This document shows, in pieces, positions 50,170 to 59,318 of a stretch of 64,000 nucleotides of DNA. This stretch comes from an uncultured delta proteobacterium (lineage in GTDB: Bacteria; Desulfobacterota; Desulfuromonadia; Geobacterales; DSM-12255). The first letter of the stretch is position 1. Each line of letters starts with the position of its first letter. Made by a program: the position numbers and the translations under genes. Below the pieces are notes generated by a model. It ran no database searches. It was not told where the DNA came from and saw only the letters and a program-made list of their open reading frames with translations. The stretch is from the NCBI GenBank assembly GCA_963787125.1, contig CAWBBV010000004.1:96001-160000 (forward strand), read 5' to 3'.

Positions 50170-51360
50170 TCATGACAAGTCTTCTAACAGCTTTTCCCAA
50201 TTACTTATTATGCAATCATCGCCATAACCATTTCTGAATAAATCTTTATCATATGATTGTCCGTCTTTACGGATTCTCATTCCGTCTGGTGATATTTCAG
50301 AAATTATTTTAATACTTCCATCAAGAGTAAATCCATATACAAAACACAAATCAATTAACTCATATCCTGCATTTTTAAGTAAATCTTGCAACACACTAAA
50401 GGCATTGCTTGAAGTGTTTTCCAATTGTTCTGGATCAAGTCCATAGTTTATTATGTAATCTCGTGGTATCGTTATATCTTTGGGGTCGCATCGATAATCA
50501 AATCTTACTATTGGTTTTTTAAAAGGCATATTAGGATAAAAGAGGCCTGGGCAATCAGTTATTGTTGTGCCAACAGCCGTTTTTTTAACAATTACTTCGA
50601 AGGGTAAAGAATAACAGTAGTCGCATGAGTATGAATTTGAACTTAATCTATTGTAATCAATAACTTCAATTGAGTTGCTTTGTAATGCTCTGATGAACTT
50701 TTCGCAAATTGAGTTTCTGAGTAATTCAGTACCTACAACATTTTCGCTCCTGTGATATGTGACTGAATCTAACGAAGGCTTAAGCTCTACAATAATATTG
50801 TTGCATTTCCGGTAAACTATTTTACTTCTACCCTCTTTGATTTTATGTTGTTTGCCTGATATTACATCTTGATATCTATTGAGTATCAACTCAACTATTT
50901 CATTTACGGTCATATTATCAGTTTGTAAATACATTGCGTTCCAATTGTCAGCCAGTCTGTAATAATGAGGTTTATAAAAACCTTCACTATCAACATCTTC
51001 AGGCTCATTTTTACTCGATAATCTTCCTCTTAAAGTTTCAATATCTGCATCAAGAGAAACAAGCAAATCCCTGTCAGATATTAGCTTCAAGAAACTTAGA
51101 GGATGGTTAATCATGGTTTGCGGCGTTAGATGATACCTGTCAAAAATACCCACGTTCGGAAGCGATTCGAGGATATCAATTGAAAGAGACATCGCAGCGT
51201 TGGGATCTTTGAACCATAACTCATAGATATCTTTACGGCCAGCGAATGGGGCATACACTTCAGCCCCTAAGCGTTGAGAGAGTATTCTTGCAATACTTGT
51301 TTTTCCCACTCCATTTGGACCCTCCAACATTATCCTTGATTCCAGTTTTGGTAACTCCAT
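50170..51360 (-). CDS. Fusion of a thymidylate-kinase-like P-loop domain and a SAICAR synthetase (PurC)-like domain
   Basis: N-terminus LEGPNGVGKT and FDRY; C-terminus EGRSKIVY, PFEVIVK, EISPDGMR and DKDLFR. Confidence 0.8.
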   Translation of the reverse strand: MELPKLESRIMLEGPNGVGKTSIARILSQRLGAEVYAPFAGRKDIYELWFKDPNAAMSLSIDILESLPNVGIFDRYHLTPQTMINHPLSFLKLISDRDLLVSLDADIETLRGRLSSKNEPEDVDSEGFYKPHYYRLADNWNAMYLQTDNMTVNEIVELILNRYQDVISGKQHKIKEGRSKIVYRKCNNIIVELKPSLDSVTYHRSENVVGTELLRNSICEKFIRALQSNSIEVIDYNRLSSNSYSCDYCYSLPFEVIVKKTAVGTTITDCPGLFYPNMPFKKPIVRFDYRCDPKDITIPRDYIINYGLDPEQLENTSSNAFSVLQDLLKNAGYELIDLCFVYGFTLDGSIKIISEISPDGMRIRKDGQSYDKDLFRNGYGDDCIISNWEKLLEDLS

Positions 51361-51476
51361 GTAATTCCCCTTTTATATTAAACCGGTTTTACCGAAATAA
51401 TCGTAGTTTCATCTATGGCAACATCAGCCGCACTCCATAATCAAACAAGGTAATAGCGCATCATTTCTTTCCTCCT

Positions 51477-51545
51477 GTTCAACGGGGCTGCGCCTGACCT
51501 GCCGGGCGGGTGTTTGCCCGGTCATGGTCTTGGCGCGTGTTGGGC
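51477..51545 (-). other. attC site
   Basis: GTTCAAC...GCGCCTGACC/GGTCTTGGCGC...GTTGGGC. Confidence 0.88.
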
Positions 51546-51557
51546 ATTTGTTTGGCT

Positions 51558-52772
51558 TCAGTTGATTGACTGCTGCCCGCACTCTCGACAATACTTCCCA
51601 TGAACATGCATCAGACTGTTGCAATTGCTACAAGTTTTAAACTGCGAAAACCCGCAAAAGGGGCATGCCTGCGATCCGGCAGGTAGATGTTTCCCGCATT
51701 GCTGGCATTCTCCTTTCGATATCCTGCGCTCAATCAGCTTCTCGCGCGAAAAAAGCTTCTTCTGAAAGATATAGATCAGGAAAAGCGCTACCGCTACAGC
51801 TAGCGCAATTACGAGGTAGTGCCAAACCGCAATAAGCTTGAGGGACTCCAGAAGGTCAATGAGCTTCTTCAATAATTTCTTGGGGATGATGTCGTAAACA
51901 GTTTCGATGATTTTGCAAAGGATCGGGATAAATGAGATTCCCAATAGGTGAGAGGAAACCAGAGTTTGGAGCCCCCGGCTTTTCCTGATGCTTGTGTTAT
52001 TCCAGGCATAAAAAACCACAAAGAGCGGCAACAGGAAGATCATCTGCATGCCTAGCTTCTTTACCGGATACCAGTAGTTCAATGTGCGTAGTTCTGTAAT
52101 TAGTTTTTGCCTGTCTTGTTCTTGTAGACCCTGTAACCTTTCCCAGAGCAGCTTAACTATTGCCTCGCTGTTAATTGTTTGTTCCAATGATGCTATACGG
52201 GCTTTCAGGACGTTAAGGGCGCTTGTTTTCTCCTGAAAATCCTTTTTAGTTGCATCTACTTTTGTTTGGCTTTTCTGCTGTTTCGCTATTGTTTCAAGTA
52301 AAGACGTATCGTAAGCGCCTTTTAGATTATCGATTGCCCGCTGCAGCTCCTTTGCTTCGTGTTCTGATTTATTTCGGTCTTCAAAAATGCTGGTTAATGC
52401 CTTGTCGTTCTTGATTTGTTCAACTAGATCGACATAGGGAACACAGACCGGATGCCGTTCTTTTCTTTTCTCTTCATCTCTGTAAGGGCTGGTGCTGGAG
52501 GAAATTATGATCTGTGACAGGTTATCGATCCGGTTGGTGGGGTTCCATTGGCGATTGACGACGATTTCCCGACAGGTATTCGGAATGTAAGCATCTGGAG
52601 AGGAGAGTTGCCTTGTATGGGCGTCAAGCCCATCGAAAATTGAAACAAGGATGAATATGTCCAGGAAGATAATGATTAACAGCGCCGCTTTGCCCAATGG
52701 CTGTTCATCAAGGCTGGTAAGATGGGTCCTGACTTTGGCAAATTTATCCTTGAAATTTCCTCCCACACTCAT
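51558..52772 (-). CDS. Membrane protein with a coiled coil and a C-terminal double zinc ribbon
   Basis: Transmembrane segments and four C-terminal CxxC motifs; RBS GGGAGG. Confidence 0.8.
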   Translation of the reverse strand: MSVGGNFKDKFAKVRTHLTSLDEQPLGKAALLIIIFLDIFILVSIFDGLDAHTRQLSSPDAYIPNTCREIVVNRQWNPTNRIDNLSQIIISSSTSPYRDEEKRKERHPVCVPYVDLVEQIKNDKALTSIFEDRNKSEHEAKELQRAIDNLKGAYDTSLLETIAKQQKSQTKVDATKKDFQEKTSALNVLKARIASLEQTINSEAIVKLLWERLQGLQEQDRQKLITELRTLNYWYPVKKLGMQMIFLLPLFVVFYAWNNTSIRKSRGLQTLVSSHLLGISFIPILCKIIETVYDIIPKKLLKKLIDLLESLKLIAVWHYLVIALAVAVALFLIYIFQKKLFSREKLIERRISKGECQQCGKHLPAGSQACPFCGFSQFKTCSNCNSLMHVHGKYCRECGQQSIN

Positions 52773-52817
52773 ACAGCCTCCCTTGTGAATCGACGATCAT
52801 TGTATTTAATTTGATTT

Positions 52818-52892
52818 GCTCAACGGGGTGCCCGGTTGACCCGCTCCGGGGCGCTTCTCAGCCCCGGTCGGTGTCAAACCGGCTTGTTGGGC
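52818..52892 (-). other. attC site
   Basis: GCTCAAC...CCGGTTGAC/GTCAAACCGG...GTTGGGC. Confidence 0.88.
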
Positions 52893-53352
52893 CTGTGTTT
52901 TGTCGAATTGCTACTTTGGCACCTATTATAGCGCCGACAGGTAACGTCAGCCAAAAAAGCCACAATAAGCTAAGAAATAACCCTAATGCAGATACATATA
53001 CTGACTCAAACAAATTAGGCGGTGGCTCCCCGAATGAATTTGTAGGACTTCCTGTAACTAAGTAATGCAAATATGAATAGGCTAATAGCATGTACCAACA
53101 AAGATACTGGCTAACTAGGCTAATTGCTATGCCAGCAGTCATTCCTCGATCCTCATACTTCTCTGGTTTTATTACAAAAAAATACCAAATTACCGAACCT
53201 GATATTGTTGCCGAAAGAGATGCTCTAAGCCAAAGGTATGAAAATATGCCTCCTCCAGTACTAAAACCAGTGAAACAAGCCCCAATGATTAAGCCTGCAA
53301 CTCCGCAATAACATCCCATTTCAAGTGATTTTAGCAGCCTGTTTTTTACCAT
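52858..53352 (-). CDS. Cassette membrane protein whose stop codon lies inside the attC
   Basis: Four hydrophobic segments. Confidence 0.65.
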   Translation of the reverse strand: MVKNRLLKSLEMGCYCGVAGLIIGACFTGFSTGGGIFSYLWLRASLSATISGSVIWYFFVIKPEKYEDRGMTAGIAISLVSQYLCWYMLLAYSYLHYLVTGSPTNSFGEPPPNLFESVYVSALGLFLSLLWLFWLTLPVGAIIGAKVAIRQNTGPTSRFDTDRG

Positions 53353-53383
53353 TTGGCACTCATCGGAATTTGTCCATTTATTT

Positions 53384-53436
53384 GCTCAACGGGGCTGAGG
53401 GTGTGCGGGCTTCACCGCACCACCCGATGGTTGGCT
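53384..53436 (-). other. attC site (short)
   Basis: GCTCAAC...GGGTGTGCGG/CCGCACCACCC...GTTGGCT. Confidence 0.8.
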
Positions 53437-54100
53437 ACTCTTGTTTCTTGAATTCCACTCTCTGCACGGTAAGAGAATCTTTGCCTGTGACCACTGCCCA
53501 AATCTGCTCCCCTACAACCGCAAGGTGCGCGTCTGGTGGAAAATCAGCCCTTCCCTCCGCTTTTTTGTCTCGCATCAGTTCGACAACATCGAGATACTCT
53601 CGCTTACAGTCGATAGATTTGCCGTCTGCTTTTTCTTCTTCGCAATTCATAAATTGCTGATCATACCCACTTCTATCGGTTACCACGACATATCTATCCT
53701 TGCCATACGCAGCTATCTCTGAATAGGTTGCTTTGCCGTTGGCACCTGCGGACCATCTTTTTAATCCTGTTTTTGCGTCAACCGCAATCCAAGTAAGGTC
53801 CATTGCGATTATGTAAATTGTTTCGAGGCCTGGAACATATGCGAACCCATTGATATCTGCTTGAGCATCAAATTTCCATTTTGTCTCCCGTTGCTGGTTT
53901 AGCATGTATAGCGTGCTCCCAACGGCAACTAGGATTTTGTCACTTGAAATTTGTTGCGGTGGTATGAACCGGACGGCCCGACCCCAAGGCTCAGAAAGTG
54001 ACTTCAGAATGGTTGGATTTATTTCCTTGCTATGCGCCAGAATTGGTAAAACAAACGCAAGAAGGAATCCGCCGACTAAGGCAGGCTTCAATTTTGTCAT
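53435..54100 (-). CDS. Secreted PQQ-like beta-propeller repeat protein
   Basis: Signal peptide and the AVDAKTGLKRW motif. Confidence 0.65.
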   Translation of the reverse strand: MTKLKPALVGGFLLAFVLPILAHSKEINPTILKSLSEPWGRAVRFIPPQQISSDKILVAVGSTLYMLNQQRETKWKFDAQADINGFAYVPGLETIYIIAMDLTWIAVDAKTGLKRWSAGANGKATYSEIAAYGKDRYVVVTDRSGYDQQFMNCEEEKADGKSIDCKREYLDVVELMRDKKAEGRADFPPDAHLAVVGEQIWAVVTGKDSLTVQRVEFKKQE

Positions 54101-54118
54101 ACTTGTATCCTTTTCTTT

Positions 54119-54188
54119 AGACAACGTCTATGAGTGTGACCGGCGCGGCTGTCTTTTAGCCGAGACCGAGTCCACACGAGAGTTGGGA
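54119..54188 (-). other. attC site
   Basis: AGACAAC...GTGTGAC/GTCCACAC...GTTGGGA; related to the 36539 site. Confidence 0.85.
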
Positions 54189-54246
54189 ACCCACTATTCC
54201 TCGATAGGTAAAATGTGCAGAGTGCCAAAGATTCCCTTGACTTAGG

Positions 54247-55296
54247 TTATTTCAGATATGCGTGCAAGCGGACAATTTTCCCACCATTTGAAATATCGAA
54301 TTCATAATAATAGTGTTCAAAGTCATAGTAATGTATTGAAATATCATCTTTTTCTTCGATTTCCGACGATTCACCGATAAAATTTGTTAATTCCTTAACT
54401 GAAGTGTTCTTATTGATTTCCATCGCGTCGCTTTTCAATTTCAAAGTCAGATCACAAGGGATATGTCCTTGATTCCACCTGTCATGAAAAATGCACCGAA
54501 AGACAGAAACCTCTGAATCAATATCTTCGAACTCAATTCCGGAGGCAAAATAGAAGTAATCACCAGTCTTCAGCGGATCGACATTAGATGGCTTACCAAG
54601 GGTCCTGATAGAGGTGCCTGGCGACCCTAGCTTAATGCCGTTCAGACTTCCCGCATAAAAATCCAAAGTTGCTTTTGTCCGTCTGTGTTCAGGCCAGTTG
54701 GAGGAAGCATCCTGCTTGAAATAATCGAATAAACTTTTAGATAATGCGACGTTACTGCTCGGACGGCTATCATCATAAAAAAAGTTGAAGTAATTAAAAC
54801 CGGTATATTTTTTCCCAAAACAGTACGTGTAGAAAAGCATCAACGACTGAATCATCATAACAAGATACAAGATTAGATCTTTATTGGCCGGTATTTTATG
54901 CATAGCAATATTATAGAAAAAAAGTCCGATTATGGCGTACAGCACAATCCGCCTAAGCATGTTGTACCTGTTTGGCCCTTTATAGAATCCTGTGATTTTA
55001 TCCATTCGCTGGATTACCATGAGATGAAAGATGCCTATAAATGTTAAAGCCAAACAAAGGCCATCCATTTGCGGCTCACCATTGAGGTAGCATCCCAGGC
55101 CAAGCAGGAATATAAACCCATAAAATACGGCAAAAGTTTTGTAAATCGAGTCGCCGTATCGACCGTCTTTGCTTGTACGTGATACATCCTTGACAGTACC
55201 ATTCAAGTCGTTGTCACAGTTATGGCATCGACCTGAAATATCGTCTTCAGTTGAATTTTCCGCGCCACAGACTTTGCATATAGTGATTCTATTCAT
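54247..55296 (-). CDS. Membrane protein with an N-terminal zinc ribbon, hypothetical
   Basis: CKVC...CHNC, four transmembrane segments and a soluble C-terminal domain. Confidence 0.7.
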   Translation of the reverse strand: MNRITICKVCGAENSTEDDISGRCHNCDNDLNGTVKDVSRTSKDGRYGDSIYKTFAVFYGFIFLLGLGCYLNGEPQMDGLCLALTFIGIFHLMVIQRMDKITGFYKGPNRYNMLRRIVLYAIIGLFFYNIAMHKIPANKDLILYLVMMIQSLMLFYTYCFGKKYTGFNYFNFFYDDSRPSSNVALSKSLFDYFKQDASSNWPEHRRTKATLDFYAGSLNGIKLGSPGTSIRTLGKPSNVDPLKTGDYFYFASGIEFEDIDSEVSVFRCIFHDRWNQGHIPCDLTLKLKSDAMEINKNTSVKELTNFIGESSEIEEKDDISIHYYDFEHYYYEFDISNGGKIVRLHAYLK

Positions 55297-55302
55297 CTTG
55301 TC

Positions 55303-55360
55303 TCTCAACGGGGTGGCAGAACAGCGGCGGTTTTAGGCCGCTGCTTCTGTCTGGTTGGAA
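55303..55360 (-). other. attC site
   Basis: TCTCAAC...CAGAACAGCGGC/GCCGCTGCTTCTG...GTTGGAA. Confidence 0.88.
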
Positions 55361-55458
55361 GTTTGTCTTTTCGCTTAAATGTTTTTTTGATTTTTCCTTA
55401 TTTTTCATGCTGAAAGTCTCTTCGTAATGTGAAGTAATTCCTGTGCTCGACGGGGTTC

Positions 55459-55803
55459 TTATGTCTTATTACGCATTCTTCTTTTCTTTGCAAACCACGG
55501 ATAGAAAACAACGCCAGTTGTCGGCAACACGCTAAGAATAAAGGATATAAACCATCCGTTCATGCGTGTGCTTCCGATCCAGTACCAAGTCGCGTAATCG
55601 ATTGCGATGAAGGTGGTTAAGGCTATAATTCGGAAGCCTTTAAGTGAATCTGATAGGAGCAAATATCCTATAAATGCCAAGTGAATCAACGCGAATGCAA
55701 AAGCACCAACAACAATCATTGGATTGCCATGAGCATATGCAACTGCAGGACACCCCAAGAGACCAAAGCACAATATCTTTGCTATGTTAATGGTGTTCTT
55801 CAT
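55459..55803 (-). CDS. Cassette membrane protein, hypothetical
   Basis: Signal-like N-terminus (AYAHG) and three transmembrane segments. Confidence 0.65.
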   Translation of the reverse strand: MKNTINIAKILCFGLLGCPAVAYAHGNPMIVVGAFAFALIHLAFIGYLLLSDSLKGFRIIALTTFIAIDYATWYWIGSTRMNGWFISFILSVLPTTGVVFYPWFAKKRRMRNKT

Positions 55804-55810
55804 ATTACTC

Positions 55811-55868
55811 TTCCAACGGTTTGGCAGAACAGCGGCGGTTTTTGGCCGCTGCTTCTGTCTGGTTGGCC
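55811..55868 (-). other. attC site
   Basis: Near-copy of the 55303 site; TTCCAAC...GTTGGCC. Confidence 0.88.
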
Positions 55869-55870
55869 TT

Positions 55871-56476
55871 TCATTTTCGATTGAATAAACGAGCAAAAAA
55901 GCCCTTACTACTTGCAGTTGCTGGAATCTCATCCTTTACTTTTCGCTCCAACACAATGAATTCCCCGTCAATTAACTCATCGCAATTCTCGTCATGCTTG
56001 AAACCGACAAGATCTTGAGCTACAAGCAGTGGGATCTCGAAAATGTAATCAACTTCTGCCTCACCCTGATTTTCATTTTCTTGTTCTTCTTCCATTTTTG
56101 TTCGTATTGCATGACAGCAAGCCGGAAGATCTCCTTTAGAACTTAAACCTTTTGGGCCATCTATCCCCTCATGTGACAAATGCCATTTTCTGCTCCCTCC
56201 CGACCATAGTTCTGATGAGCTGGACATGGTATGCTCTTCTACTAAACACAAAATAATGTCATAAGCAGTTGAAATTTCAGCGAGGTTCTTCTCGCCGAGA
56301 AATGGGCACGTGAACCGGTTATACCAAAGGATTCTCCATCCAGTTTTCATCTTTGCCGTAGAGATCAGAGACTCAGGGATTTCCTCCGTTTCGCCATTCG
56401 GAGTGAGGTTCAATCTTTGTATGAAATCTTCGGCATTAGTTTCCTGTACGGCACACCATGTAATCGCAAATCCCAT
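55871..56476 (-). CDS. Cassette hypothetical protein
   Basis: 201-aa ORF with an AAGGAG RBS filling the cassette. Confidence 0.75.
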   Translation of the reverse strand: MGFAITWCAVQETNAEDFIQRLNLTPNGETEEIPESLISTAKMKTGWRILWYNRFTCPFLGEKNLAEISTAYDIILCLVEEHTMSSSSELWSGGSRKWHLSHEGIDGPKGLSSKGDLPACCHAIRTKMEEEQENENQGEAEVDYIFEIPLLVAQDLVGFKHDENCDELIDGEFIVLERKVKDEIPATASSKGFFARLFNRK

Positions 56477-56489
56477 TTCAATCTCCTTT

Positions 56490-56558
56490 GGCTAACGGTG
56501 CCGCGCTTGACCTGCCGGGCGGGTTTATGCCCGGTCATGGTCTGAGCGCGTGTTAGCT
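56490..56558 (-). other. attC site
   Basis: GGCTAAC...GCGCTTGACC/GGTCTGAGCGC...GTTAGCT; related to the 51477 site. Confidence 0.88.
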
Positions 56559-56559
56559 G

Positions 56560-56958
56560 TCAAAGTCCTTCTATTTTCTGAACCGTTAGCAATACCTTTG
56601 TCATGTGGTGAGCGGTATGCGCATGGAAAAGAGTCCCTGTTGCCTTTATCTTCTTGCCATTGTATTTTTTGACAATTGCTTTTGAGGACGCTGCATCTCC
56701 CATTAAGACCAGCTGTACTAATTTCACGCCTTTTTCAGCATCTCCGAAATCATCTTTTGCGACATCTACAGCGGCATCCAGCTTGATTGCGTAATACCTA
56801 CTCTTCTTGCCGGTTTCTTCGTCTTTGTGCTCTGGCTTCACGAATGTTCCAACAAGTTGCACAACTTCAGGTTCTGTTTTCAACTCCACTCCGAAAGCGA
56901 AAGAAGAAATGAGCAAGCACATGCACAAAAGTACGCATCGAAATATTTTCTGATTCAT
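56560..56958 (-). CDS. Secreted DUF4431-like protein
   Basis: Signal peptide and GTLFHAHTAHHMTKVLL motif. Confidence 0.65.
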   Translation of the reverse strand: MNQKIFRCVLLCMCLLISSFAFGVELKTEPEVVQLVGTFVKPEHKDEETGKKSRYYAIKLDAAVDVAKDDFGDAEKGVKLVQLVLMGDAASSKAIVKKYNGKKIKATGTLFHAHTAHHMTKVLLTVQKIEGL

Positions 56959-56976
56959 TCATTCTCCTTATTCAGC

Positions 56977-59225
56977 ACCGGGTAGGTCAGGAGCCTTTCG
57001 GCTCCTTTCCCCCCTCAGAACCGTACGTGACAGTTTCCCGTCATACGGCTCAAGCCCTCCAAAGTAATCTCCCTCTCGGGATACCCGGCTATCTGCTTCT
57101 TTCCTCGGTGTTGTTGTCCCTTCACGCCGCTTTTCGGGCGGCGCGACCTGCTCGCCTTCTTTGTTGCTCGGCTCTTCGCGCCTTGAAGTATGCTTCATAC
57201 TCCGGGTCGAAGGGATTGGCGGCACCGCGAATCTTGATGTGTCTCTCGATCTTGGTGCTGGTAGCGTGAATGAGTGTTACCCGGCGTTTTCCTTCCGGGG
57301 TTTTCTCCATCACGGAGAAGTACGTGCTCACGGGGGTGCTGTGCCAGTATGTCTTCGTCAGCCAGCGCTTCCCCTTGTGCGGATGCCTTCTCCTTGCCCA
57401 ATCCCGCAGGTAGCGGTAGATTTGGCTGTCCAGTGCGGCGAAGGTGGCTTTTGCGGCGATGTTCCGGTGATAGTTGCTCCAGCCCCGAATGATCGGATTC
57501 AAGGCGCGGATCATATCACCGGCTTTCATTGCCGAGAATTTCCGGATCGTCTCCCTGATTCTGGTCAGGATGGTTCTGTAGTTGCTCCTGGCCGGTTTCG
57601 TTAGGAACTTCCCGCTGTACTTGCGCGGGTGTTGCCCCAGAAAGTCGAATCCGTCCTCTATCCGCGTTATCCGGGTTTTCTCCGGGGAGAGGGTGAGACC
57701 TCTTTCTTGAAGAAACCTTTCTACCGCTGGTTTGATCGTCTCTTCGAGAAGTTCTTTCGTCTTCCCGGTGATGACGAAGTCGTCGGCGTAGCGGATAACG
57801 TTGACTTTGGTGCGGTAAGGGGTGACGGCTTTTACTGCCGCTTCCAGACCGTCCAGAGTCATGTTGGCCAAGAGCGGGGAGATGATTCCCCCTTGCGGGG
57901 TTCCCGCTTTGGTCGGATAGAGTCTGCCTTCGTCGAAGTACCCTGCGTTCAGCCACTGCCGGAGCATAAGACGATCCATGGGGATATTGCTCATGAGCCA
58001 GTCATGGCCAATCTCGTCGAAACAGGCTTTGATGTCTCCTTCCAGTATCCATTGTGCCGAGTACTTCTTTGCCAGTCCGATGTAGCATTGGTGGATGGCG
58101 TCGGCGCAACTTCGATACGGGCGGAATCCGTATGAATTGGGATCACCCTTAGTCTCGGCCACCGGTAACAGTGCTTGTGCGTAAAGCGCTTGCATAGCCC
58201 TGTCATGCATGGTGGGGATACCCAAAGGGCGCATCTTGCCGTTCTTCTTCGGTATGTAGACCCGCCGTAGTGGCCGGGCTTGATAACCGCGACGTTGCAA
58301 GGTGTGTACAGCTTTCATTCTCTGCTTCGGCGTGTACCAGATTGCTCCGTCCACGCCGGGGGTTTTTCTTCCTCGATTGGAAACAACCCGTTTGACGGCT
58401 AATGCTTTGCCGGCAAACGAGTGGGTCAGAAGCCATTGCAGGGTTTTCACTCTGCCGCGGCGACCTTCCCTGACAGCCTTTGCGATACGGATTTGCAGTC
58501 TTCGGACTTCGCGGCGGGCTTTCTGCCAGTTTATGGCTTTCCAGTCGTTGCCGCTGGCGGAGGGTGCACCAGTCAATCTTGCGATTGCCGCCATTTGCTT
58601 TCCCTCCCAAGGAAGATTCTCCAAACGATCTCGCAATGGAGCACCGGCATTGGACGTCAGCTCCCTTTCGGGCCGAGTGATGTTTCAACCCGTATCCGTC
58701 CCATTACAGGGCGGCATTCGCTTCTTCCGGCCTCTTACTCCCGCACTCCCGACAGTGTGCCTTACGGTTTCACCTGCTCCAGTCTACCGGAGCGGAAATA
58801 CGGGGTTTCCACGTTCCACGTCTCTGACGATGGGTGACTTAGGTCCATTCTGTACACCGGCAGCACTATTGTCCCCGCAGGGGCACCGTTACATCCCCTG
58901 ACCGGCTGCATACCTTTTGGTTCAAGCCTGTCAGCCTCATTTGGCTTGCTCCCCTTGACGGCGCGAGCGAACGTTCACTTGTGTTGACCATATCACCTTT
59001 GAATCCTAGCCCTCACCCGGATCAAGGCTTCCAGGAGGGCGGTCGCCTCACGGTTTCCGCCCCTCCCGCAACAGCGGAATTCGGCTACATTGTTGGAAGG
59101 GCTCCGCACCAGCATGGATGCACCATGGCAGCACGCCTTCCTAGGATACCCGCGGGGGAACACGGGGTCTGGTCAGAATAATCATCATTCAGCCAGACAG
59201 TCATCAACGCGACATCGTGTCGCGA
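56977..59225 (-). mobile_element. Group II intron (CL/IIB-like) inserted in the attC R' core on the top strand
   Basis: 5' end TCGCGACACG; domain V GAGCCGTATGACGGGAAACTGTCACGTACGGTTC; 3' end CCCGGT; removal restores GTTA|GCT. Confidence 0.85.
57122..58636 (-). CDS. ltrA: Group II intron reverse transcriptase/maturase with an RVT_N domain and no HNH domain
   Basis: WKAINW...RLQIRIAKA, KTPGVDG, PQGGIISP, YADD and NPFDP motifs; the start may be 58594. Confidence 0.92.
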   Translation of the reverse strand: MRDRLENLPWEGKQMAAIARLTGAPSASGNDWKAINWQKARREVRRLQIRIAKAVREGRRGRVKTLQWLLTHSFAGKALAVKRVVSNRGRKTPGVDGAIWYTPKQRMKAVHTLQRRGYQARPLRRVYIPKKNGKMRPLGIPTMHDRAMQALYAQALLPVAETKGDPNSYGFRPYRSCADAIHQCYIGLAKKYSAQWILEGDIKACFDEIGHDWLMSNIPMDRLMLRQWLNAGYFDEGRLYPTKAGTPQGGIISPLLANMTLDGLEAAVKAVTPYRTKVNVIRYADDFVITGKTKELLEETIKPAVERFLQERGLTLSPEKTRITRIEDGFDFLGQHPRKYSGKFLTKPARSNYRTILTRIRETIRKFSAMKAGDMIRALNPIIRGWSNYHRNIAAKATFAALDSQIYRYLRDWARRRHPHKGKRWLTKTYWHSTPVSTYFSVMEKTPEGKRRVTLIHATSTKIERHIKIRGAANPFDPEYEAYFKARRAEQQRRRAGRAARKAA

Positions 59226-59286
59226 TAACGGGGCCGAGGCGCACCGGCGGAGCGTAGCGAAGACCAAGTGCCGCCCATTGTTCGGC
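59226..59286 (-). other. attC site whose R' core is split by intron 4 (remainder at 56974-56976)
   Basis: TAAC...GGCGCAC/GTGCCGCC...GTTCGGC. Confidence 0.8.
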
Positions 59287-59318
59287 AATCTTTCCTTGCT
59301 AATTGCTTGCTCTCTCGC

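Noticed and set aside
30630..58636. Retron, DGR or defence-type reverse transcriptases
   Set aside because: All four have maturase domains and flanking group II intron domains V/VI.
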